A stretch of 64,000 bases of DNA from positions 4,922,205-4,986,204 of the forward strand of contig OY761822.1 in assembly GCA_963664945.1 (NCBI GenBank), read 5' to 3'. This document shows positions 47,526 to 55,396 of this stretch, one piece after another (the first letter of the stretch is position 1; each line of letters opens with the position of its first letter). The position numbers were made by a program, and so were the translations under genes. The notes beneath the pieces were generated by a model, which was not told the DNA's origin, searched no databases, and saw only the letters and a list, made by a program, of their open reading frames with translations. Source of the stretch: Gammaproteobacteria bacterium (GTDB lineage Bacteria; Pseudomonadota; Gammaproteobacteria; Steroidobacterales; Rariloculaceae).

Positions 47526-49607
47526 TCAATCCTCCCCGGAGATGGCCACGTGGTAGTTGCCGTAGCCGTCCACGGATACTTCGTGACCCGGCGCCACGAC
47601 GAGGGTCACCGCCGGCTCCTGCACCACGGCGGGCCCCTCGAACGTCATGCCGGGTTCCAGTTTCAGGCCATCGTAGATCGCCGCCTCGTGAACGCCGTGG
47701 CGGTCGAAATCCACGGTTCGGCGCGGCAGCGCGGCCTGTTCGAGTGTCCGCCCCGTGACCGGTTTGCCCGAGAGCTCGGGTTTTGCGACGGGAACGATCG
47801 CCACGAGGTGAAAGTTGACGATCTGAACGCTCGTGTCCAACCGGTAGGTAAAGCGCTGCTCGTGGGCGTCGTGAAAGCGGGCGATCGCGTCAGCGACATC
47901 GAATCGATCGTCGGGATCGGAAATGGGCAAGGCGACCTTCACCGTGTGTTCCTGGCCCTGGTAGCGCATGTCGGCGTGGAACTCGAACGCGACCCGCGAA
48001 GCGGAAATGCCTTCTTCGGCGTAGTCCCCGTGCGCCTGATCGATCATCGACGCGAACGTTTCGGTGACGACCGGGGCGCTCGCGGGCTCCATTTGCATGG
48101 GCCGGGTCTGAAGGTAGTCCCGGCGCAGGTCGGTGAGCAGCATACCCCAGGCGGAGAACACCGCCGAGTTGACGGGCACGATGACCTGGGGCACTTTCAG
48201 TTCCTCGGCGAGCGCCACCGCGTGCATGGCGCCGCCGCCGCCGAAGGCGACCAGGGCGAAGTCGCGCGGATCGTAGCCCTTGTTGGTCGAAACGAGCCGA
48301 AGCGCGTTGGTCATGTTGGCGTTGGCGATTCGTATCACGCCCCGGGCAAGCGACTCGCGATTCATGCCGAGCCGGTCCTGGAGCGGTTTGAAAGCCGCGT
48401 CCACGGCCTCCCAGTTCGGGTCGATTTCCCCGCCCGCGAAACTGTCCGGATCGATCCGCCCGAGCACCAGGTTCGCGTCCGTCGTGGTCGGTTCGTCCCC
48501 TCCCCTGCCGTAGGCCGCCGGTCCCGGAACCGCACCGGCGGATTGCGGGCCCACGTGCAGCTTGCCGCCCCCGTCCACCCACGCGATCGAACCGCCGCCG
48601 TTGCCGATCTCGACGATTTCCGACACCGGCGTCTGGATGGGATAGCCGGGGTTCTTGCGGGTCCTGCCGATGTAGTAGTCGGTGCCGACCTTCACCTCAC
48701 CGTTTTCGATGAGCGCGCACTTGGCGGTGGTGCCGCCGATATCCAGCACGATCAGGTTCTGTTCGCCGATGGCCTTGCCGAGGTAGGCCGCGGCGAATAT
48801 TCCGCTGGCGGGCCCGGACTCCACCATCGTGATGGGGTTGGCCTTCGCCGCCGAGACGGTGGCGATTCCACCGTTGGACTGCATCATGAAGGCCTTGCCC
48901 CCGAATCCGCCCGCGGCCAGTTTGTCCTCCAGCGATTCGATATAGCGATTCGCGATCGGGTGCACGTACGCCGCAAGCACCGTGGTATTGGTCCGCTCGT
49001 ACTCCCGCCACTCGCGGCTGATCTGGTGGGAGGCGAGCACCGAAATCTCCGGCCACAGCCGCTTGATCCGCTCCACCACGCGGCGCTCGTTGTCCGGATT
49101 TGCGTAGGCGTGAAGGAAGCACACGGCGATAGCCTGCACGCGCTGCGAACGGAAGAAGTCCAGCAGTTCGGGAAGCGGGTCGAGATTCACCGGCAGCAGC
49201 ATCCCACCCTTGTACGTGACCCGCTCCTCGAGTTCCGCTCTCAGGTAGCGCTCGACAAAGGGCCTGGGTTTTCTGAAATTGAAATTGAACAGATCGGGGC
49301 GGTTTCCCCGTGCAATCTCAAGCACGTCGCGAAATCCCCTGGTGGTGATCAACGCGGTCCTGACGCCCTTCTTTTCGGTGAGCGCGTTGATCACGACCGT
49401 GGTTCCGTGCGCGAAGAACGACAGGTCCGCCGGAGACAGGACGGCCTTCGTCATGGACGCCATGACCCCTTCTTCGAAGTTCGGCGGCGTCGTATCGGTT
49501 TTCGCCGTGCTCACGGGACCGCACGCGTCGGTCGATGCGTCCACGGAGTAGAACACGAGGTCCGTGAACGTGCCGCCGACGTCGCTGGCTGCCCTGAAGG
49601 TGCTCAT
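47526..49607 (-). CDS. hydantoinase A/oxoprolinase family ATP-binding subunit
   Basis: DVGGTFTD, HGTT, EYER, SGPASG, DIGGTT, GPQSAGAVPGP, RYQGQ. Confidence 0.94.
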   Translation of the reverse strand: MSTFRAASDVGGTFTDLVFYSVDASTDACGPVSTAKTDTTPPNFEEGVMASMTKAVLSPADLSFFAHGTTVVINALTEKKGVRTALITTRGFRDVLEIARGNRPDLFNFNFRKPRPFVERYLRAELEERVTYKGGMLLPVNLDPLPELLDFFRSQRVQAIAVCFLHAYANPDNERRVVERIKRLWPEISVLASHQISREWREYERTNTTVLAAYVHPIANRYIESLEDKLAAGGFGGKAFMMQSNGGIATVSAAKANPITMVESGPASGIFAAAYLGKAIGEQNLIVLDIGGTTAKCALIENGEVKVGTDYYIGRTRKNPGYPIQTPVSEIVEIGNGGGSIAWVDGGGKLHVGPQSAGAVPGPAAYGRGGDEPTTTDANLVLGRIDPDSFAGGEIDPNWEAVDAAFKPLQDRLGMNRESLARGVIRIANANMTNALRLVSTNKGYDPRDFALVAFGGGGAMHAVALAEELKVPQVIVPVNSAVFSAWGMLLTDLRRDYLQTRPMQMEPASAPVVTETFASMIDQAHGDYAEEGISASRVAFEFHADMRYQGQEHTVKVALPISDPDDRFDVADAIARFHDAHEQRFTYRLDTSVQIVNFHLVAIVPVAKPELSGKPVTGRTLEQAALPRRTVDFDRHGVHEAAIYDGLKLEPGMTFEGPAVVQEPAVTLVVAPGHEVSVDGYGNYHVAISGED

Positions 49608-49619
49608 GCCGGGGCCGCC

Positions 49620-51926
49620 TCAGAAATTGTAGCGGTAATCGAGACGCCAGATCCGGGGGACGGCCGGATGGACGAACAACGGCGTGACGATTTCCGAATT
49701 GTAGATTTCGTCGGTCGCGTTGTTGAGGTAGGCCGACACGGTCCAGTCGGGACCCTCGAGCCCGACACGCAGGTTGAGCAGGCCGAGCGAATCCCTCGGA
49801 TGGGTGTTTTCCGGGGTCCAGTACTGCTCGCCGCGCAATTCGTAGTCCGCGCGCGCGAAGTACGTCAACCCGTTGCCCGCGTCCGCGCGAGCCTGCGCGC
49901 CGATGTTGAAAGTGCCGTCGGCGACGTACGGCAGGACATTGCCGACCGTTCCGGGCCTTTCGTCATAGGCGGTGATTTCGGTGTCCGTCGTGCCGTAGGC
50001 GGCGTAGAAATCCAGATTGTCGCTGGCGCGCCAGACCGCCTCGATTTCGATGCCGCTCAGTTCGGCCTCGTCGATGTCCTCGAAGACCTGCACGAAGGCC
50101 TGCCCGTCGAAGGGGAAGTACTGGGTGTTTTCAACGGACGAATCGAACCAGGCGGCATTGAGCCGAAGCCCGCCGAACTGGGCCTTGACCCCCAGCTCGA
50201 ACGCGCTGTTTTCTTCCTGATCGATGACGTCCTTGGCCAGTTGGCTGATGACGCCGATACCGGGGTAATTGTACTGCCCGGCACGGTAACCGATGCCCCA
50301 GCTGCCGTAGAGGTTGACGTTATCGGAAATGCCGTAGCCCAGGGTGATCTTCGGCTGAAACTTGCTGAACATCTTCTCGTTCTGGTCCCTGGACGGACGC
50401 GTGTGGGCCAGTAACTGCTCGAACGTGGAGTAGGCGCCGCAGTTGACGTTCGGTACGTCGCTCGCCGATCCGGTGCACGCTCCACCGCCATAGGGCACGT
50501 GAACGCCGTTGAGCGGTTCGCTGTACACGCGCCCGGCGGTATTGTAGGAATTGATGTTCTGTACGCGCGTTTCCTCGTCGTATCGCGCGGCCAGGGAAAG
50601 CGTCAGCGCCTCGCTGACGTCCACATCCAGACTGGCGAAGACGGCCCAGGCGTTGCTGTCCTCCAGGAACGACAGGAAGTTCCCGGGCGCGGTTCCCGTC
50701 GGATTCGTGCTGCTCTCGAACTCCGGTACGGTGGTGGGACGCTTGATGCCCAGCCCCTTGTCGTCTCCGGAGGCCGTGGTTCGCAGCCGCTCCCAGGACA
50801 GGTAGTAGGCCCCGGCCTGAGCGTGCATCCGCTCGCCTATATCGGACTCGAATCTGATCTCCTGGCTCCATCCCTCCACGTTGGCGTAGGTGTGCTGAGT
50901 GCCATCGAGAATTGAAAGATAGGGTGCGCGGTCGGCAACGGAGGAGGCCTCCAGCTCGTCGAACGTGGTCACGGACTTGAAATCGGCGAAGCCCAAGTCC
51001 CTGTCGATCTTGAGCGAGATGCTGGCGGTGTCGCGAAAGCCCCGGTCGGGGTTGTTGGCCACGTACGGGATATTCACCAGGTTGGCGCCCTCGGCGTTGA
51101 CCTGCTCCGGCGTGACCCCCAGTTCCGCCCCGGTCCCCACGAACACGCCGAATTGCTCGAAGTTGGCCGCGCCGGGCCAATGAAACCCGATGCCCTTGCC
51201 TTCATGCTTGGAGATCTGGGCCTTGAGATCCACGAGCAGGTCGGAACCCGGCGACCAGCTCAGTCGCCCCCGAATGGTCCTGTCGCTGAACGGATCCACT
51301 TCATCGTCCAGCGTCACGTTGCGAAAGTAACCGTCGCGTTCAAGCACCCGGCCGGACAGCCGAAACGCCAGATCCTCCGCGATGGGGCCGCTGAAGGACG
51401 CCTCCACACCGATTTCGTCCGCCGTTCCGTAGCTCATCTTGACGTAGCCCTCGGGCTCGCTCGTCGGCGGGTTGGTCGTGATGATGATGGCGCCGTTGGT
51501 GGCGTTTCGCCCGTACAGCGCCCCCTGGGGACCCTTGACCACCTCGATCTGGCGGACATCGAATATCTGGCTGATGAACTGGCGCGCGTTGACGATCAGC
51601 ACGTCGTCCACCACCACCGCGACGGGCAACTCGCCGTTGCGTACCCGGCTCAGCCCGCGCACGGTGAGAAAGGACGTTCCCATCGTCTGGGATTCGGCGA
51701 GCGTCACGTTGGGCGTGAGCTGGATGAAGTCCGCTGTCTGGACGATGCCGGCGTCTTCGATCTGCTCGGCGGTGTAGGCGTTGACCGTGATGGGAGCGTC
51801 CTGAATGGTTTCCTCGACGCGCCGGGCCGTCACCACGATTTCTTCCAGTTCGGCTTGCGCCAGCACCTCGAAGCTGGCCGCCAGGGTCATGGCAATACAA
51901 ACGAATCTCAGTCGGCAATCGATCAT
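49620..51926 (-). CDS. TonB-dependent outer-membrane receptor
   Basis: Signal peptide, LEEIVVTARR TonB box, IEVVKGPQGALYGRNATNG, C-terminal YRYNF. Confidence 0.93.
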   Translation of the reverse strand: MIDCRLRFVCIAMTLAASFEVLAQAELEEIVVTARRVEETIQDAPITVNAYTAEQIEDAGIVQTADFIQLTPNVTLAESQTMGTSFLTVRGLSRVRNGELPVAVVVDDVLIVNARQFISQIFDVRQIEVVKGPQGALYGRNATNGAIIITTNPPTSEPEGYVKMSYGTADEIGVEASFSGPIAEDLAFRLSGRVLERDGYFRNVTLDDEVDPFSDRTIRGRLSWSPGSDLLVDLKAQISKHEGKGIGFHWPGAANFEQFGVFVGTGAELGVTPEQVNAEGANLVNIPYVANNPDRGFRDTASISLKIDRDLGFADFKSVTTFDELEASSVADRAPYLSILDGTQHTYANVEGWSQEIRFESDIGERMHAQAGAYYLSWERLRTTASGDDKGLGIKRPTTVPEFESSTNPTGTAPGNFLSFLEDSNAWAVFASLDVDVSEALTLSLAARYDEETRVQNINSYNTAGRVYSEPLNGVHVPYGGGACTGSASDVPNVNCGAYSTFEQLLAHTRPSRDQNEKMFSKFQPKITLGYGISDNVNLYGSWGIGYRAGQYNYPGIGVISQLAKDVIDQEENSAFELGVKAQFGGLRLNAAWFDSSVENTQYFPFDGQAFVQVFEDIDEAELSGIEIEAVWRASDNLDFYAAYGTTDTEITAYDERPGTVGNVLPYVADGTFNIGAQARADAGNGLTYFARADYELRGEQYWTPENTHPRDSLGLLNLRVGLEGPDWTVSAYLNNATDEIYNSEIVTPLFVHPAVPRIWRLDYRYNF

Positions 51927-51976
51927 CGGCTTGCTCCGTGTTGTTGTCGGCGGGCCGTCTCCCCTTTTACGATTCG

Positions 51977-52074
51977 ATTGTCTTAGCGCGGGCAACGCGA
52001 ACAAACCGCGCGAAAGGGTAGTCAGCAGACCTTTTCTGACCCTGTCAGCGCCCCTGACCTACCCGTTCGGGTGG
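51977..52074 (-). promoter_or_regulatory. putative activator-dependent promoter with two CTACCC-N4-GGGTAG-like operators
   Basis: CCGCGCGAAAGGGTAG 52006-21 and CTACCCGTTCGGGTGG 52059-74. Minus-strand TTTGTT, 17 bp, GACAAT, in the same geometry as at 37039-37083. Confidence 0.6.
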
Positions 52075-52184
52075 TTGAACGGGGACCGGCCTGGGTATTC
52101 CCTTGCACGCCGTCTGGTTCGGAGTTGCCGGGCCGGGGGCCATCGAGCCGGGACCGGTCGACGGTCGCGGGCGGATTGATATAA

Positions 52185-53120
52185 GTGAAAATACTAAACG
52201 CTGAGCGGGTGGCGGAATGTCTCGACTACAAGGCTCTGATCGAGGCCTTGAGATCCGGGCTTGCGGGGACTGGATCGTCTCCATCGCGAATGAGGCTTGA
52301 GACAGGGTCATTGGACGACCGGAAGCTGCTGTTGGTAAAGCCGGCCTGGGATGACGACGCGGCCATCATCAAGCTGCTGACCCTGAACGAGATGAACAGA
52401 AAGACGGAACTGCCCTTCATTCAAGGGGTGATCGTCGCATTTGACCAGGCGACCGGAAGTCCGACATGCATCATGGACGCACGGGAGCTTACCTGTCGGC
52501 GCACCGCGGCTGCGTCCGCGCTGGCGGCGGACTACCTGGCGATTCCGAACGCGCGCGTCCTGACGCTGATCGGTACCGGAACGCTGGCGCCGCACATGGC
52601 GCTGGCACACGCGGTGAACAGGCCCATCCGGCTCGTCAATGTATTCGGACGAAGCCCGGAGAAGGCAGAGGCAACCGCCGAAGCGATCCAGCGTGCAGAC
52701 CCGAGCGTCAATACCCGGGTGGCGGCGGACCTTCCCACAGCTGTATGCGAAGCGCAGATCGTATGTGCGGCGACTTCAAGCGCTACGCCCCTGGTAAAGG
52801 GAGCCTGGATATCCAATGGCACGCACATCGACCTGGTGGGAAGCTACAGGCCCGATGCACGAGAAGCAGACGACGACGCCATTGCCATGGCCCGCGTATT
52901 TGTGGACGATCGCGCTGCCGCGATGAAGGAGGCGGGAGACATTCTGGTACCCGTCGAGAAAGGCGTGATTTCCCAATCCGATGTGATCGGCGACCTTGCC
53001 GAACTGTGCGGCGGCGTCGTCCAGGGTCGCATCGGCGAAAGCGAGGTCACGGTATTCAAGTCGGTAGGTATGGCGCTGGAAGATCTCATTGCGGCAAAGC
53101 TTGTCCTTGGGAACGCATAG
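52185..53120 (+). CDS. ornithine cyclodeaminase/mu-crystallin family imine reductase
   Basis: KPAW, RRTAAASALAA, GTGTLA, HIDLVGS, FKSVGMALED. Confidence 0.9.
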   Translation: MKILNAERVAECLDYKALIEALRSGLAGTGSSPSRMRLETGSLDDRKLLLVKPAWDDDAAIIKLLTLNEMNRKTELPFIQGVIVAFDQATGSPTCIMDARELTCRRTAAASALAADYLAIPNARVLTLIGTGTLAPHMALAHAVNRPIRLVNVFGRSPEKAEATAEAIQRADPSVNTRVAADLPTAVCEAQIVCAATSSATPLVKGAWISNGTHIDLVGSYRPDAREADDDAIAMARVFVDDRAAAMKEAGDILVPVEKGVISQSDVIGDLAELCGGVVQGRIGESEVTVFKSVGMALEDLIAAKLVLGNA

Positions 53121-53124
53121 TTGT

Positions 53125-53245
53125 AGCGCACCCTCTTTCACTGAACCACCCGGCGATGAAGGCGCCTACTGGCGCTTGATGCTCGACTATTGCCGACAGG
53201 ACAATCTGCAAGCCGTTCTCGACGAGGAGTGGCACATATGGAGGG
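53125..53245 (+). pseudogene. short internal fragment resembling a defence-island helicase
   Basis: AYWRLMLDYCRQDNLQAVLDEEWH; no start context or further domains. Confidence 0.35.
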
Positions 53246-53279
53246 GCCGTTCAATTCGGATCGTCAGGGAGCAGGTGCA

Positions 53280-53372
53280 ATAGCGCACCGCCATGTTCCG
53301 GCCGCACACGCCGCAGACGGCCAAGGCCCGCAGCGGCGCCGGCCCCTCGCGCGGAGGGCTACGGCGCCTCGC
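53280..53372 (-). pseudogene. large serine recombinase zinc-ribbon fragment
   Basis: PRREGPAPLRALAVCGVCGRNMAVRY resembles the LSR LxGLxxCxxCGxxM motif. Confidence 0.5.
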
Positions 53373-53375
53373 GTC

Positions 53376-53600
53376 ATGGGAATGCGCGTTGCCGCGGACC
53401 TGCCGGCCGATATCCTCGAACTGGCGCGGAAGTGCGCCGGCGATCGGCACCTGAGCCTGTCCCGGTGGGTAACCAACCTCGTTCGCGATGCAACCGTCAC
53501 CGACTGGCCCGCGGATTTCCTGGACGTCCTGGAACAGGGCGGTGCGGACCTGGAGGAGCCCGATGATCCGTTGCCGGAACAGGTCGAGACGCTTTCTTGA
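53376..53600 (+). CDS. VapB-like antitoxin (RHH-like)
   Basis: 74 aa; SLSRWV, WPADF and an acidic tail; TTGA overlap with a PIN-like start. Confidence 0.6.
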   Translation: MGMRVAADLPADILELARKCAGDRHLSLSRWVTNLVRDATVTDWPADFLDVLEQGGADLEEPDDPLPEQVETLS

Positions 53601-53711
53601 CCTGGCTGCTGGACACGAGCATCTGCGTACCGCTGATCAATCGAACCGGCGAAACCGGCAGTCCCGCAGTCCAACGGCTGCTTGGTCGGACGCCGCGTCC
53701 ATTGCGGCCGG
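53597..53711 (+). pseudogene. truncated VapC PIN toxin
   Basis: MTWLLDTSICVPLIN PIN N-terminus. The remaining catalytic motifs are absent and the frame runs into the convergent lrp gene. Confidence 0.6.
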
Positions 53712-54203
53712 TTATCGAAGGGATAGCTGATCCAGCGGCAACGCCGTGCGGCCAAGCACCTGCTCCAGGCCGAAACCGGTCTCGACCTGGCTTACCGACG
53801 GCAGGCACAACAGCTTGTCGCGCATGAACCGGTTGTAGGCTTGCAGGTCCGCGGTGACCACGCGCAACAGGTAGTCGTAGCCGCCCGACATGGCCCAGCA
53901 TTCCATGACCTCGGGATAACTGCGCACGCTGGACTCGAATGCCCGGACCTCTTCCTGCCGCTCGCGGGTGAGCCGCACTTCCGCGAAGGCGTTGACCGGC
54001 AATCCGACGGCGCGCTGATCCAGTAGCGTGACGTAGCCTCCGATGTAACCCGCCCGCTCGAGCAGCCGGATGCGCCGGGCGCACGGTGTGGCGGTCAGGG
54101 CCACCCGGTTGGCGAGTTCCGTGGTGCTGAGCCGGGCGTTGGGCTGCAGTTCGGCGAGAATCCTGATGTCGATGGTGTCGAGTTCGTGAGTTGGCCGTTT
54201 CAT
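53712..54203 (-). CDS. Lrp/AsnC family transcriptional regulator
   Basis: LDTIDIRILAELQ.NAR, VALTATPCARRIRLLE, GGYDYLLRV. Confidence 0.93.
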   Translation of the reverse strand: MKRPTHELDTIDIRILAELQPNARLSTTELANRVALTATPCARRIRLLERAGYIGGYVTLLDQRAVGLPVNAFAEVRLTRERQEEVRAFESSVRSYPEVMECWAMSGGYDYLLRVVTADLQAYNRFMRDKLLCLPSVSQVETGFGLEQVLGRTALPLDQLSLR

Positions 54204-54324
54204 TCAATAATCCGGATAGAAGTAGATAATAAAACCAAGTTAATACGATTATACGTTAGTAATTGAACAAATAATCTACTCCGATTGGGCTAATATTTTT
54301 GTCAGAGTCAATCAAATTGGAGAT

Positions 54325-55143
54325 ATGTTGATGAACAAGTCATCGTTTGCCCGGTTCAAACAGCGTTTGCGGCGACAGGTGCTCAACCACCCCGTCATCA
54401 CCGCCAACCCCTACACCCGATGGTTCCGGAAGGGGAACATCTACCACGAGCAGGCGCGGGCCTTCCTGGTGCAGTTCTCGGTCTTTTCCAATGAATTCCT
54501 GTTCGCCCAGCTACGCAAGATGGTCAACGCGGACACCATCGAGGGAATGCGGGCCTCCAAGGAGATCCTCGCCAACGAGATCGGAGTGGGATACCGCGGC
54601 CGCGCCCGGGACGACGACGAACTGGGCAGCCTGGTGGGCACCATCGAGGGCGGCACCTTCCGCTTCGGCGCCGCGCACTTCGAGTTGCTGTTGCGCATGG
54701 CGAAGTCGTTCGACCTGACCCTGGCGGACCTGGGCAAACGCCGCTTCGGAACGCCCGAGACCCTGCATTTCTGCGACGAACTCATGCGTCTGTACGGCAG
54801 CGAGGACTACGCCGTTGCCGAGGCCGCATCCTGGTCAGTGGAAAACTGGGCCGCGGCCGGGTTCTGGGACGAACTGGTGCGGGGCTGGCAGAGATTCGGG
54901 ATGCGTCACAACATGCCGGGCCTGAAACTGACCTTTTTCCGTTGGCACGCCCGGCTTGAGCAAACCCACGCCCAGCACACTTGGGACGAGCTGGAATGCT
55001 TCTGCCGTGAACGCGATGTGGACGAGGATGCCTTCATCCGCAGCGCCAACGAAATGCTGGAAGGCGTCCACGTGTTCTGGAAGGGCCTGGACGAACAGCG
55101 TCAGCGTCTCGAGGAGGCGCCGGAACTGCCGATCGCTTCGTAG
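54325..55143 (+). CDS. heme-oxygenase-like fold protein (TenA/PqqC/diiron-oxidase type)
   Basis: HPVI, QFSVFS, LANEIG, AHFELL, VENW, FFRWHARLEQTH, FWKGL (E/H metal-ligand pattern). Confidence 0.7.
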   Translation: MLMNKSSFARFKQRLRRQVLNHPVITANPYTRWFRKGNIYHEQARAFLVQFSVFSNEFLFAQLRKMVNADTIEGMRASKEILANEIGVGYRGRARDDDELGSLVGTIEGGTFRFGAAHFELLLRMAKSFDLTLADLGKRRFGTPETLHFCDELMRLYGSEDYAVAEAASWSVENWAAAGFWDELVRGWQRFGMRHNMPGLKLTFFRWHARLEQTHAQHTWDELECFCRERDVDEDAFIRSANEMLEGVHVFWKGLDEQRQRLEEAPELPIAS

Positions 55144-55216
55144 TCCGCCAGTCTCGCCGCTGCGTGTCGAAGGGTGCGTGCGTTCAACCCTTGCGCGCGT
55201 CGCGGGCGCGGAGCGG

Positions 55217-55357
55217 GCCAGGGATGGCGCGGAGCGACGCGCCCCCGATCGGAGCCCCGCCAGGGATGGCGGGGCGGAATTGAGCGCGCAAGCTTGAGTG
55301 CCACCCCCTCTCGAAGCGATGGCAGGGCCGCCAGGGATGGCGGGGCGGAATTGAGCG
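55217..55357. repeat. REP-like repeats built on a GCCAGGGATGGC hairpin
   Basis: 30-bp direct repeat CCGCCAGGGATGGCGGGGCGGAATTGAGCG at 55257-86 and 55328-57, with a third core near 55217. Confidence 0.75.
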
Positions 55358-55396
55358 AGCAAGGGCGGTTCGCGCGCGCCCTCGCGGCCCGGAACC

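Noticed and set aside
46818-50414. 1198-aa plus-strand ORF and similar long antisense ORFs (3865-5904, 37367-39721, 40194-42209, 43987-45759, 56084-57661)
   Set aside because: Shadow frames of well-supported genes on the opposite strand in GC-rich DNA; no recognisable motifs.
55217-55357. Mini CRISPR array
   Set aside because: Only two full repeats, a REP-like hairpin core, and no cas genes or leader.
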